Shown: one piece after another, positions 50,171 to 63,800 of the stretch
Layout: each line of letters opens with the position of its first letter
Numbering within the stretch: the first letter of the stretch is position 1
DNA from: Squalus acanthias
Lineage: Eukaryota
Reading direction: 5' to 3'
Assembly: GCA_030390025.1 (NCBI GenBank)
Contig: CM059435.1
Location: 14,818,001-14,882,000 of the forward strand
DNA length: 64,000 nucleotides
Notes under the pieces: model-generated
What the model was told of the DNA's origin: nothing
The model's input: the letters and a program-made list of their open reading frames with translations, nothing else
Database searches by the model: none
Position numbers and translations under genes: made by a program

Positions 50171-51200
50171 CATAATCGTCAATTTTATTATTTCTACAAT
50201 AAAGTAGTAGAAATAATAAAATGGACAAACATATTATGTCTGTCCATCTAAAAAGATGTTGAACAAGTCCAGCTTTGTCTCACTCATAACTATTTTTATT
50301 CATATTACCATTATTATTTTTTGATTTCTCCATGCCTGTAGAATATGAGATTTATGTTCTGCTCGCCAGCAATCTGTCTGTCTGTAAAAACTAGTACTTT
50401 TCCATAATAGTATAAAATTGCACCCTCAGATTGTGACTAAACCTAATAGCTGACTTCCTCTCATCAAACTCTTTGCCCTGAATTTTCCTTTGTGCAGCAG
50501 TGTTTGGGTGGTATTTAAATTTGGTGGTGAACCCACTTGGTCAGCATTAGAGTCTGTTTATATTTTGCAATGTGGCTTAATACTCGGAGGTAATTGTTAC
50601 CAACAAAGCAGGTAAGAAACAATTCAAGCAATTAATAAGAGGCAGGACCCCTTGGAGAGTGATCAGATACTACTTTCCTTCACTAAGTTGAGCTTTAAGC
50701 ATGGGAAGTACCAAGGCAATTCAGGATGAATAATTTCACTTCATTAGAAAAATGCTTACAGACGTTTTTTATGCCACTATAGATGATCATATAGCTGTTT
50801 TTTGCTGACATTCCAAATAGCTATCAGGCAATATCTAAGGTGCCATATGATTTTATATGCAACTGTGATTCAGTTAAATTGGCCACAGTACGGAAGGCTA
50901 GATTGTTATTTCTAAAGGTACAGTCCCCAATAATGCTTTGTAAAATATGGGATTTTCTCCAATCAATCTGATGAATTATCTGGCGTGGAACAGATCAGTA
51001 TATATACAGCCTGAACTAAAAGTTGGAACACAAAGTGCAATTACTGCACATTCAGGCTATGCACATTTTAGGAAGCCTTTTACTTTGATATCTGCTGGGA
51101 AGCCTTTCACTTAGTTTTTCAACAATTAAAAAAAATACAAAACTTTATCCGTATATAGTGACTTCCACATTGTTACAGTTTAGGATTTGTCCAACACTAA

Positions 51201-51877
51201 GGGGGCAAAATTGGGTGCCTTTGCGCCTCCCGTTAGCGCCCCCGGGGGAGTCTTGCGGCGGGGTTACGACGTTGCGCCCTGATCTCCTTCGCCCATAGAT
51301 CGTGACGTCATCGCCGTGCGCATCGCCCCGGACCCAAAATTGACTTCCGCCCCCTTCAGCAGCGCCGGTCGAAAACACCGACAGCTGCAGGAGGCGTGTA
51401 TCGGGCGGCCGGCCGCTTCAGGGGCGATGATTAAAGGCGAGGTGGCCGAGGTAAGTAAAAAAAAACTTACCTCTCTTGTTCCCGTTTTTTTCGCAGGTTC
51501 CTGCCCGCGATCGATCAGCCCGGCACTCTGCTTGAGCGCCGGACTGATCGCGCGGGATCGCGGCTGCCTTGGTGGTCCAGGTAGGTACTTTTTAAATTGC
51601 AGAGCCTGCAGCGATGGCCCTTCCCTTTAAGGGAGGGAAGGAGCCTTTGAACGTGGCCGCGCAGCACGGCCCAGTGTGCAGCGATGCTGAAGTCTCCGCC
51701 CCGCCTGCTGCCGATTGCGCTCCAAGAAGGAAGTGAACGCTTGATTTAGCGCTCCACTTCCTTCCTGGAGCGCAAAACCGAATTTTTTAAAAGTTTAGAA
51801 ACATTAGCGCCTGCGGCTAATTTTCTCAACTTTTAAAATTTATCGCCTCAAACGGGACTATAATGAATTCCTCCCCC
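51201..51877. mobile_element. Harbinger-like GC-rich MITE, family of 12802-13502, opposite orientation
   Basis: GGGGGCAAAATTGGGTGCCTTTGCGCCTCCCGTTAGCGCC matches the reverse complement of the 13502 end; right end GAATTCCTCCCCC; preceded by TAA. Confidence 0.8.
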
Positions 51878-52602
51878 ATAGTTCTCAAACAGCCTGACAA
51901 AAGTTTCTGTAAATGCACTGTATCCCTTACAATTTGAAATCTGTCTCTTTAGTTTCTGGCTTTCTGCAGTACCATAGCCTGGGTCTAATAATTAATCCTG
52001 ATTGCTGTAAATTGCTTAGTGGAACTTACGTAGGATTCCAAGTCCATCTAAAGGCTCTAAGGACAGCAAATATCACATGCCAAACCAACTTTGCAAACGC
52101 TATAACAATTAATCAAATTTATTTTCAATTAAATAATATGCAGAAGCAAAAATGCTAGACATGTACTACAGGGCTTAAGTAGGGCTTAAAATATGTATTA
52201 TTAGCATGTTCACCAGGCGAGCAGATTTTCTTACATTTTCTTGGAATGGTACAGTCTCTTAGGGTGGATCAATTATGTAGTGTTAACAGTTCAATCTTCC
52301 CTCATCCCTTGGTAAACAGAATGCAGTCTCAAGATATGTCCCTCAAGTGAAAGATTTACCCGTGGATTGCGTGAAACCAAATGCTCATGGAGTTCTATGC
52401 CTCTGAATGGACTATGCCAACACTAAAGGTGCCAGAAAAATCCACTGGTTTACGTCCCTTGAAAATAATGCTGTCAAACTCTGGTTTTATGCCTTTGATT
52501 CCTTTGAAGGTAAGGCTGCCAATCAGTTGTGATGAAGAAATCATACTTTTTGTCCTATGAAGCCATCACAGATCCTCGTAATATTTTCTGAGCTTATTCC
52601 AG

Positions 52603-53000
52603 CAACAACAACTTGCATTCATATAACGCCTTTTACATAGCAAAACATCCCAAGGCGCTTCACAAGAGCGCTATCAGTCAAAATTTGATACCAACAACAA
52701 ACAACAACGACAAATTGTATTTATATAGCACCTATAACGCAGTCAAGAGAGATGGTGGTGAAATAGAGCTGAGTGTTGTCAGGGTACATGTGGAAACTGA
52801 CATGGAGCTTTTGTATGATGTCGTCAAGGGGCAGCTGCAGATGAGAAATAGGAGGGGGCCAAGGATAGCTCCTTGGGGAACTACAGAGGTAACGGTGCAG
52901 GTCTGGGAAGAGAAGCCACTGCAGGTGACTCTCTGGCTACGATTGGGTAGATAGGAATGGAACCTGGCGAGTGCAGTCCCACCCACCTGGAAGACGGAGC
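52603..53000 (-). mobile_element. L2 fragments (two tails and an RT piece)
   Basis: L2 tails at ~52603-52740; minus-strand VPQGAILGPLLFLI in ORF 52732-53013. Confidence 0.75.
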
Positions 53001-53029
53001 ATGATACAAGCATGATTAAAATAGCAGCG

Positions 53030-53605
53030 CAGTAATTACCGCCCCGTTCCAGCCAACCTTTGGGTCACTGCCATTTTGATCGGAGCCTTGAAATGGGCAG
53101 CCCAGGCGCCTGCTAAACGGGCACATACATCATTAGCCATGCAAATCGGGGTCTGCCGACATCCATAAGACACAATGCTATTTTGAAGTACTAATGGGCA
53201 GTGGTACATGGCATTGAGCGGCCTAATCAGCAATCCTTGAATGGACCATAGCAGGCTGCTTCAAAATAATTTTTGAACGGATTTGTAAATGATTTTTGTG
53301 GAGTCAAGAGGAGCCTCCTGGCCTCACACAAGTAGACCTATGCGAAGCCCAACCCGCCACAGCCCTCCCTCGCGATCGTCTCGCCTGCCCCATTTAACTT
53401 ACCTGCGTTGGCTGGGCTCCACAGTGGAGCCGCTGGTTTCCCACCCCTACCGATTGGCAAATGAGCGAGAAAATCATTGACGGAATGGCAACGAGGCCTG
53501 ACCATGAAAATCAGTCGTGTCTTGGACCCCTTCCAGTGGGCTGGCAGCAGACTCGGTCCACTGGCCTCCCGCCCGATGAAAGCGGCCACACAAAAATCCA
53601 CCTGA
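53030..53605. mobile_element. GC-rich MITE-like fragment
   Basis: Shares GCCATTTTG, ATGCAAAT..GGGG and AACTTACCTG motifs with 29230-29644; termini unclear. Confidence 0.45.
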
Positions 53606-54554
53606 CTGGAATCTTATCTGGTTTTGTTACTTTGGTGTCTGCAGCCAAAGCACCAAGACAGTTGCTGACAACCATCAGAATGATTAGAAGCGTATGATCC
53701 AATTTACCCATAGATCAAAAGAAGTTTAATAAGTGACTGTAATTCGGACAAAGCATTGCTGAGCAATCTTTTGTAGATTATGGCAAAGCAAATGGAATTC
53801 ATTGATGTAGGTTATCATAGCTTTTAAAAATATATCCAATCATAACAGAACAAAATTCTATGTTTGCCACACCATTAAGATTATTAGTTCAGAAAGATCT
53901 TGGTCCTTTCTCCAATAGTATTTTGCCTCTGAAAGTCTTCCTCCCAGTACTATCAGACTGAAGGGGAACCAGCAGATTCAATGGATGAATTTGTAAAATC
54001 GTAAGAGCAAGAATCAGCAGAGTGCTCCTTCAAGTCAGGTAGACCTGTCTAGCCTTTGGTCTAACATCCCCCAAAATTTTAAGAGTCCATCATTACAAGT
54101 TGGAAGTAGTTTTTACCAGTTCAAAAATACTAAATAGAAATGGAATTATGATGTCACTTTAGCCTGAAACACTTCTGCAGACCCTCCAAAGCTCAGTTAA
54201 GTAAGTATTCTCGCTAAAGTGGCTCATGCCATTGCACTTTCTAGCTCATGAATTAATCTTGCTTTTTTAATTTCATGTTATGTTCCTAAAATGTAACTTG
54301 AAACATCAACAGAACTCCTACCTTTTGACTCCTAGCTTTCCATCTAGGGCCTGTTGTCAACATTGGTAAGCTCATTTACTTCCTATTTAAATAGTATTAA
54401 ACAGCTCTGCTTATACTGGAATGAAATTTTTAATATCTAAGGTAATGAGGTGCAACTTCTTTAGGTTGATGTAAGTGCCACAGTATGTTTTGGCCAGGAA
54501 CAGAATGGTGCCAAAATATGATCCATCCTTTAATAGGCTATTGTCAAATACAAT

Positions 54555-54870
54555 AGCAAAATACTGCGGATGCTGGAAATCCGAAATAACAACAGAAAAC
54601 GCTGGAAAAACTCAGCAGGCCAGGCAGCATCCGTGGAGAGAGAAACAGAGTTAATGTTTCAGGTCGAAGACCTTTCGTCAGAACTGGAAAAAAGCAGGAA
54701 ATTAAATAGATTTAAAGCAAGTATAAAGCTGGGAAAAGGGGGAGGGGATGAAAAATAAAAAAGGGAAGGTCAGTGGTGGGATAGAAAGCAGGAGAGATTA
54801 AGAGACATTGAGAGACTTTAAGAGATAATCAAGGCAAGAGGAGGTGTTAATGTGACAGGTTGAGGCTAGT
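54555..54870 (-). mobile_element. Penelope-like element end with a minimal hammerhead motif
   Basis: Minus strand AGTT-CTGACGA-A-AGGTC-ttc-GACCT-GAAA-CATT-AACT at 54649-54685. Confidence 0.75.
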
Positions 54871-55085
54871 ATTGTCAAATACAGTTGTGCTGAAATAACA
54901 AAGGACACCTTGCAGGCACTTTATACCAGTGGATCTGACTGTATAACACAGGGGTGACAAAATCTTGAGTATTACATCCAGTCACAAGTTGACACTTCAT
55001 AGTGGGTCTATTTTGATTTCTATCAATGTAGTAATTATCTAAAATGAGTTGTTAAAATAAAAAATATATGCATTGATTTAAATCA

Positions 55086-55556
55086 GGGTCAACTGTGGCT
55101 CAGTGGATAGCACTCTTGCCTCTGAGTGAGAAGGTTATGGGTTCAAGTTCAATTCCCACTCCAGGGACTTGAGCACAAAAATCTAGGCTGACACTCCAGC
55201 GCAGTGCCGAGGGAGTGCTGCACTGTCAGAGGTGCCGTCTTTCGGAAGAGACATTAAACCGAGGCCCCGTCTGCTCTCTCAGGTGGACGTAAAAGATCCC
55301 ACGGCACTATTTCGAAGAAGAGCAGGGGAGTTATCTCCGGTGTCCTGGCCAATATTTATCCCTCGATCAACATAACAAAAACAGATTATCTGGTCATTAT
55401 CACTTTGCTGTTTGTGGGCGCTTGCTGAGCGCAAATTGGCTGCCGCGTTTCCCACATTACAACAGTGATTACACTTCAAAAAGTACTTAATTGGCTGTAA
55501 AGCGCTTTGGGACGTCCAGTGGTCGTGAAAGGCGCTATATAAATGCAAGTTTCTTC
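55086..55556 (+). mobile_element. DeuSINE, full length
   Basis: Head, Deu core and tail. Confidence 0.92.
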
Positions 55557-56659
55557 TAAATGAAGACAATTTAATTAACTGCAGAGCTACATTGTATTCA
55601 CACATTGAGGGATATCTTGGTTGTAGGTGCTGATTTAGTCAGTATGCTTATTATTGGGATTATGACCTTGTGATTTGTGGTTTTGCAGAGGATATGAAGC
55701 AGAATGGGCTGACAGCCTGGGGCTCTAGTTTAACTGTGTTAGTTCAGTAGTTGGCAGTCAGTTCTAGCACTGTGTGAGAACAAGGTGCATTCGGGAATCT
55801 GATGCATGATGCTGAGAATTATGGCTTTCATTAGTTTTCTTTATTCCTCAATTTTATTTTGTAACTAGTGGATTTTCTGTGGCATTGGTCGCAGTAATTC
55901 AGATGCTGTGCTGTTTTATAACATGTAGTGCACAACGCATCTTTCTGCTGCTAAGATGGAGCTGTGTTTAAACTGGCCTGACTATTTAATAATTAAAGTC
56001 CTTAATCTAATCATGTTTATTTAATCAGACATTTTAGCAAAATTAAGTACTGTTGCAAAGATACTTGATAAAGATGGAATGAGGCAAATTAGTTTATTTT
56101 TTAAAAACATCTTTATGTATTTTAGCCCTCATTGTAAAAACCTACACCCAGTGACTGTGACAGCTTTGGGAACCTCCATGACCTCAAGCCCTAGACTTCT
56201 TAGAGAGGCACAGGCCTCTGAGAAAAGTGTTGTTAGTCACATTTTAAACACACAAAGTGCTACTGTATAGGTCATTTTTTTTTTTACATTTGATTGTTTT
56301 TACGTTACGTTACAAACTTTATCTCCAACACGATGCCTGAAAGAATGTTGGAAAAATATTTGCAACAAATAACATTGGTTCTCCTTGTTTTTATTAGTAG
56401 CTTTGGTTGACCACTCATTGTTGAGCAATTGCATTCGTACTTCTTAGTAGTTTTCAACTGGAAATTGAAGATCCCGCTTTTGATTGGTATGTTCTCTGCC
56501 TTTTCAGTGGTGATTTGTTGCAGTTTGTAATTTGAGGTGCACAGAAATTTGCGAGTGTGATGGAAAGGTTTAATACTGAACTGTGGATGAACTATATACT
56601 AGATGCAAGACATCGAGATGGCTCGTGTGGCACATACATTTCTGTGCTCTAAATTCTCT

Positions 56660-57478
56660 GGGCGCGATCTTGCCAGCCCTGGGGAGGCGGGTATGGAGGC
56701 GGGACTGCTGGGAAAATGGCAGGAAAATGGCTTCCCCAACCCGCCTCCGTGCCATTTTCCCAGGAGGCGGGTAGCCAACCCACGCCGGGTCCCGTCTCCT
56801 GGAGGCGGGAAGGGGATTACAGCCACTTAACTGCCTGTTAACAGGTAGTTAAGAGGATTATCCCCATTTTTCCAGGAGAGGCGCGGGCTTCCCGACGTCG
56901 GGAAACCCCGCCAGGGTCACCGAGGTGAGCAGTGGGTCTGCAGGGGTCGGAGGGGTGCAAAAGTGCGCTGTGAAGGTAAGTGATGGGTGCAAGTGTGGAG
57001 AGGTAAATGTGTGAGGTGAGTGGAAAGTGTTAGTAAAAGTTTACTTACCTTTGTTTCTTCCTGCAGGCTTCAACAGTTGGGGGTGCGGAGAGTCTCGCAT
57101 CTCACCTGCAGAGATGACAGATGGCTGCTGCATTCTCAGATGCAACAACCATCTAATTTCTGCTAACAAAAGAGGTTTGATGAGTCTTGAATACAAGGAC
57201 TCATCAAACGACACAGAATGTCAGTGTTTGACAGCTTCACAGAGCTGTCAAACGATGACAATTCATCTGTCAAAAAATTTTGACAGATGAAACGTCATAC
57301 GCTGACGTTCTCTGTAACTGGCTTCCCCTTAATTGGCCTGCTAAGCCCACTGGGCGGGCTTAACAAGGTCAATCAAGGGAAAATAGCATGGCTTGGCCAC
57401 AAGTCGATGGAGGCGGGACTAAAACCTGACAAGCAGCAGTCCCGCCTCCAACGAGCCCCCATTGGCAAAATCGCCCCC
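56660..57478. mobile_element. Harbinger-like GC-rich MITE
   Basis: TIRs GGGCGCGATCTTGCCA / TGGCAAAATCGCCCCC and subterminal GGAGGCGGGACTGCTG / CAGCAGTCCCGCCTCC. Confidence 0.8.
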
Positions 57479-57824
57479 TTCGTAATATATTTCAACAAGT
57501 TTAATTTTGCCAAAGTGTTTTTGGAGTTTGAATGGTTATGCTGTTCTATCAGAGTAATGACAATGTGAAATGTAATTGTGTGAAGCTGTTCACGACAATT
57601 GCAGTCGTTCTACAAAAATAGCAGAATCACATTGGTGTTATCACAGTGCTCTCGAAACCACAACTTTTGTAGGGAGTGTTACAATTTAGCAAGGGAATAA
57701 ACACTAGTGAGTCTGGCTTAAATTAATTTATTTAATGCTGCGGTAGATATTATTAAAAATTTCAAAACTTTTTTTATTAAATGGGACCCTGTCGTATTCC
57801 AGATATGTTAAAAGCATATTGAGA

Positions 57825-58103
57825 TCACAGAATCCCCACAGTGCAGATAGAGGCCATTTTGGCCCATCGAGCCTGCACCGACACATATCCCAGCGTATTT
57901 AATCCCCCTAACACTAAGGGTCAATTTATCATAGCAAAATCAACCTAACCCGCACATCTTTGGACTGTGGGAAGAAACCAGAGCACCCCCACGCAGACAC
58001 GGGGAGAATGTGCAAATTCCACACAGTCACCCGAGGCCGGATTCGAACCCGGGTCCCTGGCGCTGTAAGGCAACAGTGCTAACCACTATGCCACCGTGTT
58101 GCC
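57825..58103 (-). mobile_element. HE1-type V-SINE
   Basis: Minus strand: tRNA head GGCAACACGGTGGCATAGTGGTTAGCACTG..GGTTCGAATCC, V-domain TGTGTGGAATTTGCACATTCTCCCCGTGTCTGCGTGGG, CR1-type tail. Confidence 0.9.
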
Positions 58104-59184
58104 TTAATGATGACAGAGAGGTTCAGAAGATTAGGCCGTTTTTTCACAAGTTAACAAAAAGAAGACATCAATGCTCATCTTCAGTGGACGTGAAGCCAAA
58201 ATGCCGCTGTCAACCTTGGACTGATGACTCGCGAATGTGAGTAAAAATAAGTGGTGGCAGGTACTTTTCAATTTCCAGAATACAACCCCAATCTTTCTAA
58301 CACAGGATTTAAGGCAGTCACTCATTGGGGATTAATTAATGACTCGGAAGCTGGTAATATTATGCAACACGTCTTTATTCTTTTTCTTTTAAAACTACTT
58401 CTTGACCATTTGTCAGAAATGCCTGTGAAGTGGCTGCTCAAAATTCAAATGTGCAGGGCTTCCAAAAGCACAACACAGCCAGCGCTTGTAGCTCCAAAGC
58501 TGTTCCATATGTCCCTGCTACCTCGGAGATGTATCGTTTTCATCAAAGGGGTCCAGGGGCTTCATTCACATGTTAGGTCCATAATCCAGTACAGCAGACA
58601 ATTTGGCAATCATTTGTAAAATATAAATTTTTTAGACAAGAATAAGGCTCTTTCAACAGGAGCGGAAAACAGGGACAATATTGTGCTTTCTCACAATGCT
58701 AAACTGAGAAGAAGGGGAAAGAAAATCTGACTCCCTGCTATGTAAAATATGCCAAGAACGTGGAATACAAAATCCAGACCTTAACATAAACTAATAACAA
58801 AGAAATTCTGTCATAGAAGTTTATTGAATGTCATTATAAAACTGTTGAGAGGAAGTGGTTAGGTATGACTATTGTCTATAATACTGACCAGCTGTGGAGG
58901 CTGAATATGAAACCTCATGAAATCAGACAGAATTTATAAGCTGAGAAAGTGTCAGACCTGATTCTGATAAATCGTAGACATTGCACTACTTGACCTACCG
59001 CTTCTTCAGGTCATTAAGCACTTCGCAGACTACACAGTATTGGAAACAGTTACTTCTGCTTGGCTATGAATGGGGGAACATACCACTCATTGTTCTTTAA
59101 GAATCTGTAGTGGTCAACCCATTTAAAAATGATTTTTTTTTTCTTTTTATTTCAAGGTACTTTCTCTCCTTCTTCAAGTATTAG

Positions 59185-59640
59185 CCTGAACTCACTGGTA
59201 GCACTCTCATTCCTGAGTCAGAAGGTTGTGGGTTCAGGTCCCACTCCAGAGACTTGAGCACATAAACTCGGCTGACATTCCCAGTGCAGTGTTAAGGGAA
59301 TCAGCACTGTTGGAGGTGTCGTCTTTCGGATGAGACGTTAAGCCGAGGCCCCGTCTGCCCTCTCAGGTGGATGTAAAAGATCCAATGGTACTATTTGAAG
59401 AGCAGAGGATGTCTCTCCGGTGTCCTAGCCAATATTTAACCCTCTACCAAAATCACTAAAACAGATTATCTAGTGATTATCTTATTGCTGTTTGTGTGAC
59501 ATTGCTGTGTGCAAATTGGCTGCTGCGTTTCCCTGTAATTCATAAATACTTCATTGGCTGTAAAGCGCTCTGGGACATCTTGAGGTCATGAAAGGCGCTA
59601 TATAAATTTTCTTTCTTTTCCTTTCCTTTTCTTTCCTTTC
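59185..59640 (+). mobile_element. DeuSINE
   Basis: Head remnant, Deu core and tail. Confidence 0.88.
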
Positions 59641-59679
59641 CTTCCTTCTTGTCTGACATGAGTTCTGCCCTGTAGTTCA

Positions 59680-60869
59680 TAAGAACATAAGAACATAAGA
59701 AATAGGAGCAGGAGTAGGCCAATCGGCCCCTCGAGCCTGCTCCGCCATTCAATAAGATCATGGCTGATCTGATCCTAACCGCCAATCTACTATCTACTAT
59801 CACAGAACCATCTCCTGCATCTAACAGAATTGCACGCACGAAATAGGAGCAGAATCAGGCTACACGGTCCCTGGGCCCGCTCCACTACCCACAGGGCCAT
59901 GACCGATCCGAACCTAGACTCATGTCCAAATTCCTGCCCGCTCCCCGTAACCCTTAATGCCCTTTACTTCTAGGAAACTGTCTATTTCTGTTTTAAATTT
60001 ATTTAATGATGTAGCTTCTACAGCTTTTTGTGGCAGCATATTCCATGGACCTACCACCCTCTGAGTGAAGTAGTTCCTCCTCATTTCAGTTTTGAAAGAG
60101 CAGCCCCTTATTCTAAGACTATGTCCCCTAGTTCTAGTCTCACCCGTCATCGGGAACATCCTCCCCGCATCCACCCGATCCAACCCCTTCACAATCTTAT
60201 ATGTTTCAATAAGATCGCCTCTCATTCTTCTGAACTCCAATGAGTAGAGTCCCAATCTACCCAACCTCTCCTCATATGACCACCCCCTCATCCCCGGGAT
60301 TAACCGAGTGAACCTTTTTTGCACTGCCTCGAGAGCAAGGATGTCTTTCCTTAAGTAAGGACACCAAAACTGTATGCAGTATTCCAGGTGCGGTCTCACC
60401 AATACCTTGTACAACTGAAGCAATACCTCCCTATTTTTATATTCTATCCCCCTAGCAATGAAAGCCAACATTCCATTTGCCTTCTTAATCACTTGCTGCA
60501 CCTGCATACTAACCTTTTGAGTTTCGTGCACCAGGACCCCCAGATCCCTTTGCACTTCAGTACTCTCCAGTTTCTTGCCATTAAGATAATAAATTGCTCT
60601 AGGATTTTTCCTGCCAAAGTGCATCACCTCACACTTTCCAGTGTTGTATTCCATCTGCCAAATCTCTGCCCACTTACTTAGCCTGTCTATGTCCCCTTGC
60701 AGGTTTTTTATGTCCTCCTCACTCACTACTTTCCCTCCCATCTTAGTATCATCTGCAAATTTTGATATGTTACACTTGGTCCCTTCCTCCAAATCGTTAA
60801 TGTAGATTGTAAAGAGTTGGGGACCCAGCACTGACCCCTGTGGAACACCACTAGTTACTGATTGCCAGT
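59680..60869 (-). mobile_element. Young CR1 LINE, 5'-truncated, open RT C-terminal frame
   Basis: ORF 59920-60975 (CR1 part starts at WQSVTSGVPQGS); near-identical to 25017-26200; possible 6-bp TSD AGTTCA (59674-59679, 60867-60872). Confidence 0.95.
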
Positions 60870-63800
60870 TCACTACACATTGAAATACTGATCTCACATG
60901 GATGGTGCAGGTGAGATACTTCTCCAGAGAGTGGGACAGAAACTCAGAGGAGAAGCCAACCAGTGGCGCTTTCATGTACTTCCTGGTGGCTGGTTCAAGA
61001 ACAGGTTTGGCAGATGCTTAATAACAGGCAACTTTCCTGTTCTATCAGTCTAGGAATATGAACTTTAACAAAGGAAGAATTTAAATTAAAAAATGTTTTG
61101 GGCAAGAGAGTCAATGGAAACGCTATACTGGATAAGGAGTTAAGCGGATTAAGATGCCTCAGTAAGATGATCAGGTCTTGGTGAGAGGTTTGTGTCTGGG
61201 CAATAGCTTCTGTTCTGGGCTTGGGCAAAAGGTTCAAGTCAGCTCCTAGCATGTCTGCTGTCTCAACTGAATTGCAGACACTAGCCTTCCTGTGCCAATA
61301 TTGTGCTAGGAATTCCCTGCCTCTTGCACCTTCAGGTTTTTTTTTTGAAAATGCAAGAACGACCCCGCATTAGATAAAGTTTTGAGAGTCTGATATTCCA
61401 GTGTTACCCAAACAATACTCTTCTTTTAGCTTCTTTTCTATTTTGATCACTATGCCCTCTGAAGCTCCATGTGACTCTGTCAGTTGACTTATGTAAACAG
61501 AATGGCCGTGAACTGTAAGTTATGTTATACATTGTTTTGACAATTTTTTAAAATACTGCTAGGCTATGGTTAATTCAAAATATCATTCAATGAATACTAA
61601 TTTATCTCACTGCCAGAAGCCTGCTACTGTGGTACCTCCTGTGCTTCCAAAGACCAGAAGGTATCTCCTGACGATTAATTGCTGTGATTTATTTTCCTTC
61701 TCCCGAGTTCGTGTTTGAACTGGACCTGGTGATCCATCGTCGTGTGAACTGGCAGACTTCAAGATGAAGTCAAAGTGGCCCTGAGCAAGGTTATTGGGCT
61801 TTTATCATCACTGACAAGTTTACTCACTTCATCATCCTCCTCCACCCAGAGTAACACAGCAACATCTTCCGAACACATAAAGAGATGATCTGACTAATTT
61901 GATCTGAAAATATGTTATATCACTGTACTGTCATTGTTCTATTGTTGCCTCGTTCTTTTGATGGCATGGGAAAAAAAAAACATAATCAACAGGTAGCTAG
62001 GGACTACAATGTCGTTTTCTCCACCTCAGATGATGGCCTTTTTGACATCAGGTTGTGTTGTTCCAGAGCAGTCTCCCCTAGAGACTGTAAAAGAGGATGT
62101 CAGAACTCTGCCTTTCAAAAGTGAGACTCCATGAATGAGCAGGGAAACAGCGGGGATCATGTGAACAGTCTGCTCAAACAGGTCCCCTCCGACCTGTCAG
62201 GTCTGTAGCCCCAGGTAGCATCCAGAAATGTGACAGCTTGACTGGTGTGTCTATACCTGATCCCAGGCAGCCATCACAGGAGCAGCCGCCTACATGCATT
62301 AATGTGAACTGAAGGGCAGTCGGATACCTAGGGCACAATGAGATGCAGGGGAGAGTGACTGCTCTTTTGTTCCTGAAAATGATAAATGATGTCCACGTAG
62401 GGACATTAGTGACTCATAGATTTATCTATTCATGTACGTATCTGTTCTCAATGTTAACGACAAATCTATGGTTCAAAACTTCTAAACCTCAGAGTGTGCA
62501 TCTGTATATTCATGTTCAGGGATTTGTCGGGAAACAGAACTAATGGTTTTAGAAATGACTTTTGAATGTGTTATGCGCAGTGCTTCAAAAATATACCTTG
62601 ATAATTCTGCAAAGGCACATTTGTAATAGCCTAATATAAAAAGAAAGATGTTGATTTTCAAGAATTATCAGCTTTGTGATAGCTTCAGAAGAGAGTTTGT
62701 ATTAATGAAATGGAACCGTATGATTAAAGCAAGGACTTTTCAATAAAACTATGAAAGCCATCATATCCCTTTGTAAGAAAAATAGACTGCATTTAATTTT
62801 CAGCATTTAAACTGCATGGGTGTTTTTTTTATGATGGTACAGAATCCAGCCACCATATTCATCCCAGGATTTGGAAAATTATTCCAGCACATTTAAGTTT
62901 CGGCTTAAAGAGGCTATGTTGACCTTTCCGCAAAAGGTTAAACCCTGAGATTGATTTTTTTTTTCCTGTAGGTTTCCATGACAGCTGTGCAGTCAGTCTC
63001 AGTGCTTTACCTAAACAGTTTTGTAACCTCCATTTGCAGAGTCCCTTAGGCCAACCTTGTGGCTAGTCACAACCTTCCATCTGTTACATGTATCACTTAG
63101 GGGTTTCCTTTAATGTCTCTTAATTTTGTTCCGTTCTAAGATCTGTGCAACAGTCTGACGACCCAGATCATATAATGTACAGTACTTCTGAGAACAAGCA
63201 TGCTACAATTCTCTGGAAATTTCTCGGTGCTTTATTCCCCCAACTAAAAGGGTAAGTGTCAACTGGATAAAGTGTCTCTCAGTACTTGCCGCATGAATAT
63301 TTTTGTTTTGATAGCGAGACTCCCTTTGTTTGAAGTATTTTCTTCCCTGACTTTCTCTTTGGTGGCCTCCCACAATCTCCCTTCCACAACCGAGAACACA
63401 GTGGGGTGACTTACTCGCACGCCTTTACCAACCATGAGCCGAAACTGGCAATTAGGAGGAATGCAAGTGCGCTGGAGGGTCCCTGCCCTCTGATTTTGGC
63501 TGCCTCTCCGTGGGAAAAAAAAAATGTCTGGCCTCTGCCTGACATTTTCGCCATGGTGGCACAGATAAAATAGGCAATGCACTGTGTGGAGAATCATGGG
63601 CACAGACCCCGTGCTGTCGTTCCATGGCGCAGAAAATTGCAGCTCCCGGGGCACTGTGCCACCATGCTGACTTTTGGCACTGGGCAAATTGACATAAATG
63701 CACCATTTCACATGGAATCCGCCTCAACCATTGTAAATATAAGAGAAACAAAAAGGTCTTTTAGTAAAAGTCTCTGTGGAAAGATGGTGTTCGGTGAGAC

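Noticed and set aside
57176-57296. TTGATGAGTC...GAAACGTC as a possible hammerhead
   Set aside because: Core starts with U not C, and the motif is paired inside its own hairpin
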